DNA of 64,000 nucleotides from Lingula anatina (lineage: Eukaryota > Animalia > Brachiopoda): the NCBI GenBank assembly GCA_051362555.1, contig CM120640.1:8184001-8248000 (forward strand), written 5' to 3'. Each line of letters opens with the position of its first letter. The stretch's first letter is position 1. A model generated the notes under the pieces. It saw only the letters and a program-made list of their open reading frames with translations, was not told where the DNA came from and made no database searches. Below, piece after piece: positions 25,300 through 38,525 of this stretch. A program made the position numbers and the translations under genes.

Positions 25300-25779
25300 G
25301 TTCATTTCGCGTTATTTTTGTTCAAGTTGCCATGTTTTTTTTCGTGTTCATCATCACACATCGCACGGACTTTCCTTGGCCATCGTACTAGCAAGATGTC
25401 AATCCCCCAGATTTTTTTCCTTTGGGGGTACCTTATAGAAAGGATCTATGCTGACAATCCACTAACTCTAGACACTTTTAAGACCAACAAACGAAGAGAA
25501 GTAGGAAACAGTCCGGCTGACACGGGTACAAGAGTCACTGCCAATTTCAATGATTATGTGTCCGCTGTTATTCAGCAGCGAGGAGCGTGGATAGAGCACA
25601 TTATCAATGATTAGAATTTGGCTACCTTAAAGGTTTTAAACTTCTGCAGAGTTTGCAAGGATAAAATGGTCATCCTTATGGAACAATTTAGTGAAAGAAA
25701 GTTGGTAATATCTTAATTACATGTACATCAAAATTATTATGGAAAATGAAATAGGTCTTTTTTTATGGACCACTCTGTA
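25300..25779 (+). mobile_element. Decayed Tc1/mariner-superfamily (DDxD-type) transposon, 3' part
   Basis: Reads WPSY*QDVNPPDFF(frameshift)LWGYLIERIYADNPLTL...NF...VIQQRGAWIEHII, matching the WPPxSPDLxPxDFFLWGYLK...GGHFEH transposase C-terminus. Ends ...GGACCACTCTG followed by TA, a typical right TIR and TA target. Confidence 0.8.
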
Positions 25780-27144
25780 TATTAGGGATTACTGACAAAC
25801 TTGTTTATATTGTGAGTTATCGCTTTTCAAAGAGACCTGTCCAATATAATTTCACGTGATAGCAGATAAAACCAGAAAGAAGTCATTAAAAAGAATTTCT
25901 GGTATCATTTTGAGGTACCTACATCCAGAATTATTAATTCTGCTGTTTAAATGATTTTGATTACTGTCCTGGTGCTAGAGAAAATCATAAAAGCAAATAA
26001 GGTGTTTTTCTCCCCCCAAAAATGTGGAAAGTATGACTTATTTTTTAATAGCAAATAAGAACAGTTGCATTCTTTGTACGGTTTTATCCATTTCCCCCTT
26101 AACCCCTGAGAGCGCTCGATATGTAAACAGTTTTGATTCATCTCTATTTTCAACGTATCCCTGCACAGTTTTGTATTTTTGTATGTAAGTACTAAATAAA
26201 TAGATAAATAAAAATAAAGAGACATTATTGAACACCACCAAGAAAGGAAAATTAACTTATTTTGAAAATGTTGGAATGTTTTGAAAATGCTGAAATGTTG
26301 GAATATTCCAACAAAATATTATGTGTGCATCTATGAATTAAATAAGATGCAAGTAAGACAAAATGCATCATTCAACCAGCTTATTTTGTTCATTTATTAA
26401 TTTTTTTCGTTGTAACTTCAAGTGGCTGTATATATTTTTTTTATTTTGTATAACCTTTTTTTTATTTTGGTACCTTTGTGGTAATAAATTGCATATTTGG
26501 TAAATTATTCATAACGCAAATCAAATGATCCAAGTAGGCATGGATTGATGACCCGTAAAAATGTGCCAACCCCTTTTTACCAAGGAGATTTTTGTCAAGG
26601 AGATTGCGTTTTTGCATTAGTTGGTTTGCTAGTGAACAGGTTAACGCCAAAAACCATGGAGGAGGTTTTATTAGAATTTTTAAGGTGAGACAAAAACGGG
26701 TTACCTTAAATTCGATAAGATTCTGGCGGAAATCCATTAATTGATGGTTTTAATTCATATTGGCTGGATACTGGAGGCCTGCCATGTAAATCCACATATT
26801 GGTAAAAATTGTCATCTCAAGCCCTAGCAAGGTGTAATCTCAGTCCAAAGCTCGGTGTTATCTCGGGGTGTGGCATCTAAATACCAGTACTCTTTCCCAT
26901 ATAAATTTGCACGCGAATTACTGAAATAAATACGCTTCTTTTCATTTTTCGGCTGTCATTTTACATCTGAACATCTGGTTTTAGAGTAATTTGGTATAGG
27001 CGTTAAGGAGCTTTAATGTTGTTACAATCATTGCTAAAAGATGGCGCCACAACAAAATCACAAAAGAGTAATAATGCGGGTACAATTATTGTTCTGTAGT
27101 TTAGATGGTATAAACACGACGACTCAATGAGACCGTGACACCGG

Positions 27145-27219
27145 ATTGAATAGATAATAAAAATGATATGTTGATACATATCATTTTTATTATCTATTCA
27201 ATGATATGTTGATACATAT
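27145..27219. repeat. Perfect 27-bp-arm palindrome overlapping a 20-bp direct repeat
   Basis: ATTGAATAGATAATAAAAATGATATGT-tgat-ACATATCATTTTTATTATCTATTCAAT; AATGATATGTTGATACATAT occurs at both 27162 and 27200. Confidence 0.9.
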
Positions 27220-30200
27220 TAACATATACAGTATGTATACATGTTAAGTAGACTATACGCCGTGAAAAGGCTTAAATAAGTCGAAATTATAGATGGAAGG
27301 AATAGATTTAAATTATATGTTAAATGAAAGTGCAATTGGCAATTGCCCAATATGATAAGAATATAAATATTCAAATGTAATATTATTTTATGGATAGGTT
27401 TTAGTTTTCTTTTACGTCTCCTAAGTGTTAATTTTTTTAAAGATAGATGGGAAGACCTAAGTTCCACCTAAATTCCACCAAGGAGTTATAACAGAGTATA
27501 ACTCCTTGATTCCACTAGGAACTATTATTTTAAAAGCTTTCTTCCCGTAAGTGATTACTGTTGCTGGACAAGTCTTTAAAAAGTTTATATGCCTCAGGGT
27601 AGAAGTGGTATAGTGTGAAACCAGTTCACAATGCAACCCTGATCTGCATTCTTCTTGAGAAGAGCAAGACCTAAAATTTATCTGGCGCACTGCTACAGTT
27701 GAGCCCAGACCGTAAGAAAATGATTTTCACAGCTACCACACTTTTCCCCTAACTGGAACTTAGTTTTGCGCTGAAAATCCTGGGATCGTGTTGTTTTATT
27801 CCTCTTCCATACACCTGCTTATACAGTCAAGGAAGATAAACAAATAATTCAAAAAGTGTCTGTGAAACTAATAAAAAGTCCTGAGCTGAATAAAATGCAA
27901 AAGAGAAAAAAAAAGAAAACAAATGTCTGAAGACAAAGTGCACTCGACTCCTTGACTAAAGATATAAATTTTCGCGTGAACCATATAAGAGCATCTCTCA
28001 CAGATGCGGATAATATTGTTATCTCTCAATTCCTCTGGGCCTTTTATCTGAAGAAACTGGCGTATTAATAATCTCAAACCTTCTGGCAGCTTGCATCCAT
28101 AATCGTTGTACAGTGCTTTTTAATTGAATTACACCTCGTCGAGAATGGGATTAAAGCGACAGCTTATATATGGCCAAGAAGCGAGTAAATGGAGTGTAAT
28201 GGAACCAGCAGCCATTAAAATAACTGCAGTCTTTACAAATCGAATCAGAAACCCACGGGGGCCTCATTCAATATGCACAATTCCCTGTAATCAGCCTGAA
28301 GAGACACTTATTAATACTTTTTAATACTAAGCATTAACAAATAAACATTAAACGCAGTAATTATTGGAGCTAGAGCTACAGGAATAATTAATCATAGCGC
28401 GTCGTTGGAGTCTCAGATTACTTGTCATTATATTATACCCGAAAGAGGCGTTTGACCAGATAAAAGCTTTGCTGCCCCTAAGTGATGTAAGATCAAAAGG
28501 TTACCTCATACACACTGTAACAGCCAGCCAACTGTGTATACTGACCATTACAGTGGATTGAACTGGTCGCCATACATGCACGTTTCCAACTACCAAATAC
28601 AAAATTATGCGAAAACAGCTCATGAATAGACAATTTTAATAACGTTTCGACAATATTTTTACGAATATCTGAGTAAATGGAATCATTATTTTTTACTTAT
28701 AGGACATACAAAGCTAATGTGCAAAATGTTATTATGGATTTGATCATGGTTACTAACTTAAGTCGCTTTTTAAATGCAATGAAAACACGTTGTAATTAGT
28801 ACTCAAGAGATGAATTTGAACAAAAATCCCTTTGAAAAAAGAAGGGAAAAATTAATAATGAAGTGCTGTATAGTAATCTTCTTAATAGTTGCAGATCTCA
28901 AACCTGTGTTATTTCAAATTTTTTCGACGTTATTCAAACTTCACGCTTTCTGGAAAACCGATCGAAAAATACGTTTAGATGAAAAAAGTGAAAATGTGAA
29001 GAATAAAATGTATCCCAAAATAAAAATGGGCAATCCATCAGAGCCTTGATCTAAGAAGGATATCTTCATACTTTACTGCTGTAGATTACATGTTAGCCCT
29101 TACATGTCTAATATTTTTTCACAAAGGATTGAAAAAGGAAAATCAGATTCTTAAATAATTACTGAAAGATAGAAATGAATTCACACTGGAGGCTTTCATA
29201 AGCCGTGAAGATGAAAATGAGAGAGAGAGAGATGCATTCATTTATTACATGATATACCGTTCCTAGTTTGATGGCGTCCCCTGGGAAAATTCAGGCCATG
29301 TAATAAATGTCTTATTTACCAGGAAACGTTCTTTTCAGGTTGACAAATTGCTACATGTATTGCTTCTGTTGCCATGGCGCCATGGAGATAATGAAACAAC
29401 TAATATTTTAGATAAAACATACGAGGGTTTTACGTCTAATTTTACAAGGAAATATTACCGTCTGAACCAACTTAATTCACAATAATGGCAATTGAGTAGA
29501 TGACACAGCATACCAGCTTTAAGAAGCTCCCTAAAATGAAAGACTTTCAGGAACGCCTAGAAGAATTTTTTTTTCTGTTTTAATGCATTCTTTTTTTAAA
29601 TGTCGTTTTGAGCGTTTATATGAAAGATAAATGCCCTTGATATTGCTCATGGGCGTTTCATCATATCTGTCATTTTTCCGGAGCAACATTTTTCCTTACA
29701 TTTTTAAAGTAACGCAAGTTACTTCTGCGTCAAGAAGCTTTCTGCATAAAGTGGTTAAAAACGTTGAGCCATCAAATCTTATTTTATCCTACGTCACCTC
29801 ACCTTACCTCTCAAAAAAAAAGTTTATCGCGGACGAAAGCATAATATGGATAAATTCTTTTAAAAGTTTCTTTCCAAATACTTCTACTTTGTGCAGGTCA
29901 CCGCATTCCAATCTCTCTGGAACAAAACTGAGTAAATCATGACGTCAAAATCTGTGACCCGATAAACAAAAGTGTAGCAACTGATATGATATTTTAACGG
30001 CTATCAACCCATACACTATCCATCTGTTTAACATAGGATGCATCTAAATCCACTACCGCTGAATGTCTAGCTGCCACATCAAATAAGATCACTTATGGAT
30101 ACCTGAATACACTTTCAGTCTGGCGCATATATTAATATTATTTCATTTAGCCTCCCCTCCAACTTTCTCTACTTTGTTTAGTTTTCTTAATTTATTGATA

Positions 30201-33200
30201 ACCTCTCTACTGGATATTTCAGTATTTTCTTTTTTCTTTTCTTTTCTTTCCATTTCTTCTTGACTTGTACGTTGATGCCTTGCGTGCTTACAGTGTGTCA
30301 CTGTCATCACAACAAGGCACAAAGGATATATATCATGGGGCTTAATCATATGTTGCCAAAAGTGCGAAAAGGTACACCTTGAGGCGTGTGGGTCAAGAGC
30401 ACTGCTTTTTTTTTTAAATACAATAATTAAACGTTAAAATATATGATGAATTTTAACATATTAAGATTTTTGCTTTTTGATCATTGTTTGGTGCAAAAAT
30501 TGACTGTAGGCACATATATCTTTTATGTCTGTGAAGCTGTTGATCGCAGTGTCGTAATAGCATGATAGGCAATACATCCATGTGTGAGATGCATATGGTG
30601 GGGTTTTAATGGAAAATATAAGCCACTACTTCCAATTTTGTGCGGTGCAAAATTCAGTCGTACTTCAACTAGACAACCTACAGTGTTAAAGTAGAGATAT
30701 TTTTACTATATTTTAATTCAATTCTCTTGAAGTTTAATTTTTAATTTTTTTATTAAGTATAGCAAGCCCCCTCTTTCGCTCCATTTTGTCCCTTATTGCC
30801 TCAGCAGCTAGACAAGTTGGACATCATAGTGTTGCACATGAGATCAGTAGAGGAGTATATGTCACTCGCTGGAGGTGTCCCCCATCTGACGCCAGCCTGC
30901 CATCAACGTCAACTCACCTGTTTAACACGAGAACAACTTACTTCGAGACGTTTTTGACAACTATAAAATTAACTTGTTACATTTACGACCTTATTCTCGC
31001 GGCAAAGGTATTTAGTTATGGTCTCATGCGGTCGCATGGTGGATGCATCGCCATTTTCCTTACAGCTACATATGTTAAAATATGTAGCATTAGTGAGTCG
31101 TGATAATCACAAAAAGAAACATATCTCTATTTATTTTTCTTGTTTCAATCTTAGCAATTTGGGCAGCAAAGTTGATAAATGTATTATCTAAAAAGGCAGT
31201 AAAACCAGCCATTAGGTCGTTTATCTGCTTCCTAACATTTTATGGGATTGTCATCAAATCCGATAATGTTTCAAAATACACCAGGTGGTATAATTTTGCT
31301 TGACTAAATTAATAACAATCTTGTTAGCGCTTTTAATATCAAAGCTGCAAAACAAGTGTCATCTTCTCGTGTCGCATAGCTGGCGGACCTGCCGCGTTGA
31401 GGGGAGTACACGCTTTGTGAAAATGATGGCAGATGCGCATCGGGAGAAAAGTTATTATAATATATGATTGTCAATAAAGGTGGTTTTGACTCCGGTAATA
31501 AATTACGAAGTTAATCGAAAGCTAAATTGTCGAGTCGACAAAACAGGGGTGAATTTAATGAGCCATAATAACCGTTGAATGACTAGACATATTATTTATC
31601 TAAAAAAACTAATGCCTGGAGCCTCGGGCAATTTAGTTAAATTACAAATACATAAAGAAACACTGCGCACTGAATCTATTCTAATTACCACCTTAAAACG
31701 GATTTCCATCTCCAACTGACAGTACTGCGGGTGCAAAAAAAAATATCGCTCCAAGTGAAATCTGTTTTCTGACAATTTTCACTTTTTGGCATCTTGTTTC
31801 TCTCCTAATGTCCGACCTAGGATAAACCCGCGATTTGGAGACCGGCTATTAGTGTCATTCAACTGTCTTACGTCGCGGTAATATAACGAACATCATGTCT
31901 CTACGGACAGACGTAATTGAAAATATTTTGGCCTTCAGCAGGTTAGGGAGACGACACATGCTCCTATCTACGGTTCACTCTGTTGTCACAAGCCGAATAT
32001 GTTCTTGTCATAACATCAGTAATAAGCTAAGTACACGGTTTGGGCAGGGCTTGTCTATCTATTGAAATGTAGCCGCTGGCAGCGTTATTAAAAAATCATA
32101 AATGTGGCAAAACACCCCTTTAAATGGTTTAAAGACTGCCAACTCCAAATTCTTCGCAAGGTTTTATGTAACAGTAACTCTGAGTTTGCATTGAAATTCG
32201 GTTTCTATAGTGGCGACAGCTCTAATGCTCTGACTACCTTGCCTCACACCAAACCATGTCACAGTCAGTGCCTGGCGACCAAGGATTGGCAGCAGAACAA
32301 AAAAAAAAAAAAAAAAGAAAGAAAGAAAAACGTTGACCAAAATATTGTTCGAGCACCCCTCTTCCAGAGTCAATATGGAATCTCTCCACTTCCTCCACGT
32401 CGACCACAGCTGTGTATAACCCCTCCCCACTCCTCCAGTCCTCTTCACTCTAAAACTTGCAATACTGACATAAAGGCTATAGCAAACCTACCTTTAACTG
32501 TCTGATAATTATAGTGTAGGTATAGGTGTGGAAGTTAGAGGAGTGAGGAATGCTGTGATTATGTTGAAAAACATAGTTGTTAAGACGCTCAATACCCACA
32601 TCCTTTTTTCTTTTTAATTTAAAAATTAAAAGATTGATAGAGTTAAGTAATAAATTGAAAGTTTCACATTGTTTCAATCTATAATTTTTTTTAAATCAAC
32701 TTCAGGCAATTTTTTAGTTTTAGAATGAATAAAGCACAAGCACCATCGCGGTACCTTCTTTCTGGGTACATGCTAAGGATTAATGTAAAAGAAAATTTTA
32801 ATAAAATGTGGGAATGAAAAAGACTTTTACTCCCTAAAAAATGTGGGAGCCATTTTTGCTACATTCAGTCTATAGCCAGTGTTTACACGTCCATTTTCAC
32901 TGTTTCTGCAAACAACGAGCTCCGTGTTTTCATAGCCTGAGCCGTGTCTTGATCAGGAGCGATAGAAACGCAATCAGCTGTAACCTATCAGGGGTTGCCC
33001 AATCTCAAACTACTTCTGATAAGACGACCGACCAATTTTCGTGTTAACTCTGATGACGATTCTCATTTCTAAATCATTCACTATGTCTCAGTTTTGATGA
33101 AGATTTGATGAAGGCATCCAATCCCACGTTTCTTCGTCCGCCACTCCATTAAAGCTCATCATTGTGTCAATTGCTTAATGGTAATTCCAATTTCTCTGTA

Positions 33201-33939
33201 CTGACAGCTTTGATTTTTGTTTACATAGATCTATAGCTTATAATGGGAAAATAACCTGTGCACTTAAAACTAGATACAGGATTAATGTACTCAAAATAGT
33301 TATTTTGTTTATAGACAAATTGGAATATGGCCGATGGTAATTAGGACTATCATTCCTTTTCGTCTTAGTGATGAAATACGATGTCCAGAAAATACTCCCT
33401 GTCAAATTTAGAAGCGTTGTTTTGTCCTTAGGGTTAGTCTTGTGTCAGAGATCTAATAAGACATGTCACGAACTTACGACGGTCGAATTCCCACATCGTG
33501 TTTCACACTGACAGGAAATTTCAAGAACTAATCGCCTATTTTCGATCTTTAATACAATCATTTTGCAACAAATATGGTCATCTGTCTTTCAATAGAATTG
33601 CCATCGCTAGAAGTGATTTGGTCTTTTGAGAATTTTCCTCTGAGAGCGTCTTAAAACAGCAATAATATGTTTAAACGAAGCAATCTCAATACGTTAGCTA
33701 GTTTTCTTAATCAAAAGCGCACTTTAAGAATCAGCAAACGCCACATTAAAAAATAACATTTACCGGCATGAACCCAAAACTATTAGTTAAAATGTGTTAA
33801 TAGTTATACGCTATTACATATATTGATATGTTAATATCAGTTTCATCTTAAAGTATTCTTCATTCTTCTCTTCCGGAATTATATCTTCTATTCAGAAAAT
33901 ATCATTGAGATGTTAGTTTTACAAGATGTAGAATTATTC

Positions 33940-34122
33940 TGTGCTACGTCAGACCGTTGCAACCAATCAGCGCTAGCGACTTAAACCCATGCCTAGACTC
34001 TTGACAGATTGAGCCTATTTGTGTTTAATAGTTGATTCATGACTGAGCTGTGGCAGTGACTGTTTAACTATATCTAGCTTCAGTACGAGAGCGATTGTAG
34101 GCAGTGAATACACAGCACAAAG
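33940..34122 (+). promoter_or_regulatory. Putative Tlx proximal promoter / 5' UTR
   Basis: CCAAT box (33963-33967), TGACAG (34002-34007), TGATTCATGA (34033-34042) and an Inr-like TCAGT (~34080) within 180 bp of the ATG. Motif inference only. Confidence 0.4.
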
Positions 34123-37100
34123 ATGACTGACATCGGCACAAAACAGGAGCAACAATCTCCAAGGCCTCCGAGTACGAGAAGCTCAGGGACAGAGGAGCGT
34201 GGGGGCCCCGCTGGACAGTTGTCCTTCAGCATTAGCAAGATTCTGGGAGAATCTCACGTTACACGCCATAGCCGCGAACTCTCTCCCTCGCCAGCCACCC
34301 GAACACAGCCCGGTTCTCCGGCTCCTCCGGGTCCCAGTCTCCACGCCTGTCTACCCAACACCTTGCCGGGGTACGTGCCGACGTCTCTGCCACCCTTCTT
34401 CAGTGGTGTTCCGTGTCCGTCCCCTGGGTGTGGGTGTGGGGGTGTGGTAGTCAATGGCATTATCAAAGTACCTGCACATAGGCCGCCTGCAATCCCAATG
34501 GGTCACCTCCCTCCGTCTCTTCAGTTTCCCTGGATGGAAGCTCGAAAAGACCGACTTACAAGTAAGTTCAACTTTTCACAAACAAGTGCAAATTGCTTTC
34601 TTAACTCCAGCAAGTGTTGCACAAAGGGTATCAAACTGAAACATCGCCTAATAGGTAATACCGTTTTATCACAAGATTTTACAGGGATTGCGATATTGTA
34701 TTACAGCATAATATGTGGTTTTAGACGGTTCTTATTATGAACTTGTGTCGCAAAACAGCATGCTTTTTGTTGTTATCGTATTGCAATCAGATTTAAAACA
34801 TTTTAAAAGTGATAATTTGGCAAGAAGACTTCCTGAAAAATTCCTACCAACCACGAATTTATAGCTTGTCAGAGTATTCACCCACAGAGAAAAAAAAAGA
34901 CGCATTCAAATTATAACACTTTTTTATTTTATTTAATGCCCTTAGCGATACTAGTTGGAGAATTTAAAGAATAAGATAAAAGACTCACACACGGCAATGG
35001 AAATTTGTCAAACATTATGCCAGCGTCTTAACATATGCTATAGGCTGAATTAATTTTCATTAAAATTGGCGTTTAATGGAGTTTTAGACAATATTGTTTT
35101 TAACTTTCTCAAAGTTGTATGTCGTGAGAAGATTTGTATTTTTGCCATTCCATTTAGGCAATCAATACACGATGTCGAAACCTGATGAAAACATTAATTT
35201 AAGCCGATGGTATCGCGACAGACCTCAAATAAACAGGGACATGTGAAAATCGGTTTCCCAAGACTTGGAACAGCGAAGGTTAAATGTATCAAGCGCTCTC
35301 TTTTAATTGAATTTTGAGCGATATTTGTTTGGGGAACTAATTATTCGAACTGGTGTGTCTGGTGAAATTCGGCCTAGAATGTATGGGGTATAAATAAACT
35401 TGATTCTATAAACTGTTTGTTCTGTCCAGTGGGCCTATTTGTACACTGCATAAACGAGTGTCTAGGCAATGTCTCATAGATTATGGAGAAGTTATCGTAG
35501 ATTACAAGTACACGTCGTCCACGGGCTGCCTCGGCATTCTCAGCATAGTCGTACATGTAGACAGCTGCTACGTTTTTACCACTTGACGAAAAATGTCCAA
35601 CAGACAATATCATTGAACAACTTGTCATAAACTGTGGTCTCCAGGCTTTTTCAATTCATCGTCTTTGCAACAGACTGGTACAACGCGTGGCAGGAATGTG
35701 GGATCATCTACATACGCCGCGCTATTTTTGCTACTCGTGTTCTCGGGCAATTCTTGTTTGAAATGGAATAATATTAGTATAATAATATAAACACTCAATC
35801 TATTATTGCAACATTACCGCATTGCTTCTTGGAAATATTAGGTAGAATAACGTCTCGGGCAATTTTGTCGTAAAACATGCATTTACAAATTCGCTCTGCT
35901 TCAAGGCATCTCTTTTAATAACATTCTTTAAGTGCAAAGCTATTTGAATATGTTGGTCAAATAAAAGTCAGAGCTGTGGACAGTGTGAAATTAATAAAAA
36001 CTGTGAATTAAGCCACAGCTATTTTAGACAATATCTGATAGAAGATACTTCAGAAGTGGCTTTACGCACTGACCACTTTTACACCGTGTACACACCAACT
36101 GGAGGCTGCACGCACTGCCCGCGGAAGTAAATCAGTTTAGTATTACGCTGAAGGTGACAGGTCATTTCAATTATTAAAGACAAAAGACGCTAACTGCAAA
36201 CTGACCATCTGCTGCGTCACCTCTGAGGAGAGCCTGGCGAGTTGAACTTAGGTGACGCTTGCCGGCGATGTGCCAACTAAACCAGCGAGCTGGCCGGTCG
36301 ACTGGTCAGTAACTGAAAATGCCTCGATCGTGGCTTTGTCGTGTGGCATTATCCTTTTATAAAGAACTCTATCGCACTGTGAGAAACCGGACTCAACGGT
36401 AGCGGCAATAGTTTATAGAGTCGACACGGGAATCTGAAATTAAGTCGTTTTTAATATTAATTTTTTCCGCTGTAATGATGAAATGATGAAACGGATACCC
36501 GCAGATGTAAAGATGACACTTTGTTAATAGACGTTTATTTTATTTAAAGTTCATACAAAATGCGTTTTTAATAGCTGTTGTGTCGACATGAGTACGAGAG
36601 TATGTAACATTCTTTGCACGTAACGTTGACACTCATCAGTTGTTGAATTGATTATACTTAGAGGGTTTGAAGGAAACGGGAAATAAGAGTGCATTTTAAT
36701 ATTTTATGTTTTGTTCGTGGTCTTGGTATTATATTGAATGTGTTAACAATAAAACCTTTGTGATAAAAAGAAGGCTTGCCCTCATAAAAAAGTAAGTCCC
36801 ACCTACTTGAATCCATATTGACAAAATAATTTCTGCCGGGTTTTTATCCTTAAATTTAGATAGTTCCAAGTATTCAGTTACTGACAAAATTTAAATGAGA
36901 AATTGTATTCTATCAGTCAAAAACGTGTAGAATCTTATCAACTAAAAACGTGTACAAGCTGTATACAAGCTGGCTGTTTAAAAACTCTGTGTTTATCTCA
37001 GGTTCAAATAAAACCCGCCGAATTTCATATCTAGAAATATACATGTAGTTGGTGCTGACTGAGAACTTCATTAATTTTTTTAAACAAAACTAGACATTCC

Positions 37101-38460
37101 CCAACTTATAATAAAATTGATATAGAAATGCAGTTTTCACGAGTATCTTTCATAACGACTTTCTGTAATATGCATGATCCCTTGCCGGCGTAAATTTGTA
37201 TTCTTCATCAGTAAATGAATTGCATAAAGATTTTTCAAAACAATTCCATTGAAGAATATCCCTTCTTTCAGTTAAAACTGCTGATCTGGTCAATATTTGA
37301 TAAATCGTTTATCAACTCATAGTTGACATATATTAATAAATGCCATTGAACTTTTAATTTGTGAATTTGCTACTTTTACGGTAATTTTTTATGACAGCAA
37401 ATGTATACATTTCCTCGCCTGACCTAAACCTTCAACAGTAGCTTGCTAAATGCACATATCTCGCTCAATTGACAATTGTAATATATCAAACTCTATTTGT
37501 TTTACATCCGATACAAACAATTGCTACAAATTATCCACTTACATCAATGTGTTAATGTAACAAATATATCATGTGTGTCTCTCATCTCACATTTTTCCTG
37601 GATGAATTTTTCTCTTAATTTCCCGCAAACTGAGTGAAAGAAACTAATTTTAGGAGTGCATCAAATGCTTGCTATGATTATTCACTTTTCTAGTCGAGGT
37701 AAAATGATCATTTGTCGATTTATCCCACATCCAATCGTAAATGCCATAATTAAGGGCTCCATCTGTTACGCCTGTTGTACATAATTGAGTCTTTTTGATA
37801 GCAAAGTGTGATTCTAAATTATCCTTTTTCGTGCAGCCCTACTATTTTGGCGTTGTTTTTCCTGCAAATGGGCAGATGATTACATTTAATAATGCTTACA
37901 TACCTGCATAAATTTACGCTCAAATATCTAATAATTTATTAACGGAAAGTACACATTATGTGTTCTGCTCGATCGCTGTTTTCAATTAAAATGCTTTTCA
38001 CAGTTATGAAATGGAATAATAAATACAACTAGCCGTTAACTATTAAAGCAAAAGATAAAAATACTAAGTTAAAAATAAATGATATACTAATAATAGAATT
38101 ATCTCATATGCAATACTTAAGGAAAAGAACGGTCTTGCTGAATTTGCAAATGTTGTCAACTATTGAAAAATTTAGCATCACAATTTATCGAAGTATTTTT
38201 TGCCGTTTTTCCAGTCACCAGACGCATTGGGCACCCTTACCAAAACCGTACTCCTCCTAAAAGGAAGAAACCACGGACGTCATTCTCGAGACTACAGATT
38301 ATCGAGTTAGAAAAACGCTTCCACAGACAAAAGTACTTGGCCTCAGCAGAACGGTCGGCCCTGGCTAAAGCTCTTAAGATGACGGACGCACAAGTTAAAA
38401 CTTGGTTCCAAAACAGACGGACAAAATGGAGGTAGGGCAAAGAAAAAAAAATGCACCCTC

Positions 38461-38525
<65 letters not shown>

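Noticed and set aside
27457-27690. ORF with faint similarity to a LINE ORF2 C-terminus (TLRHINFL...TYGKKAF)
   Set aside because: Too short and degenerate to support without a search.
32420-32550. Weak inverted repeat (CCCACTCCTC... / ...GAGGAGTGAGG)
   Set aside because: Too many mismatches and no TSD; at most an old MITE.
34562-34740. Continuation of the Tlx exon 1 ORF to 205 aa
   Set aside because: Read-through past a consensus GTAAGT donor into intron 1.
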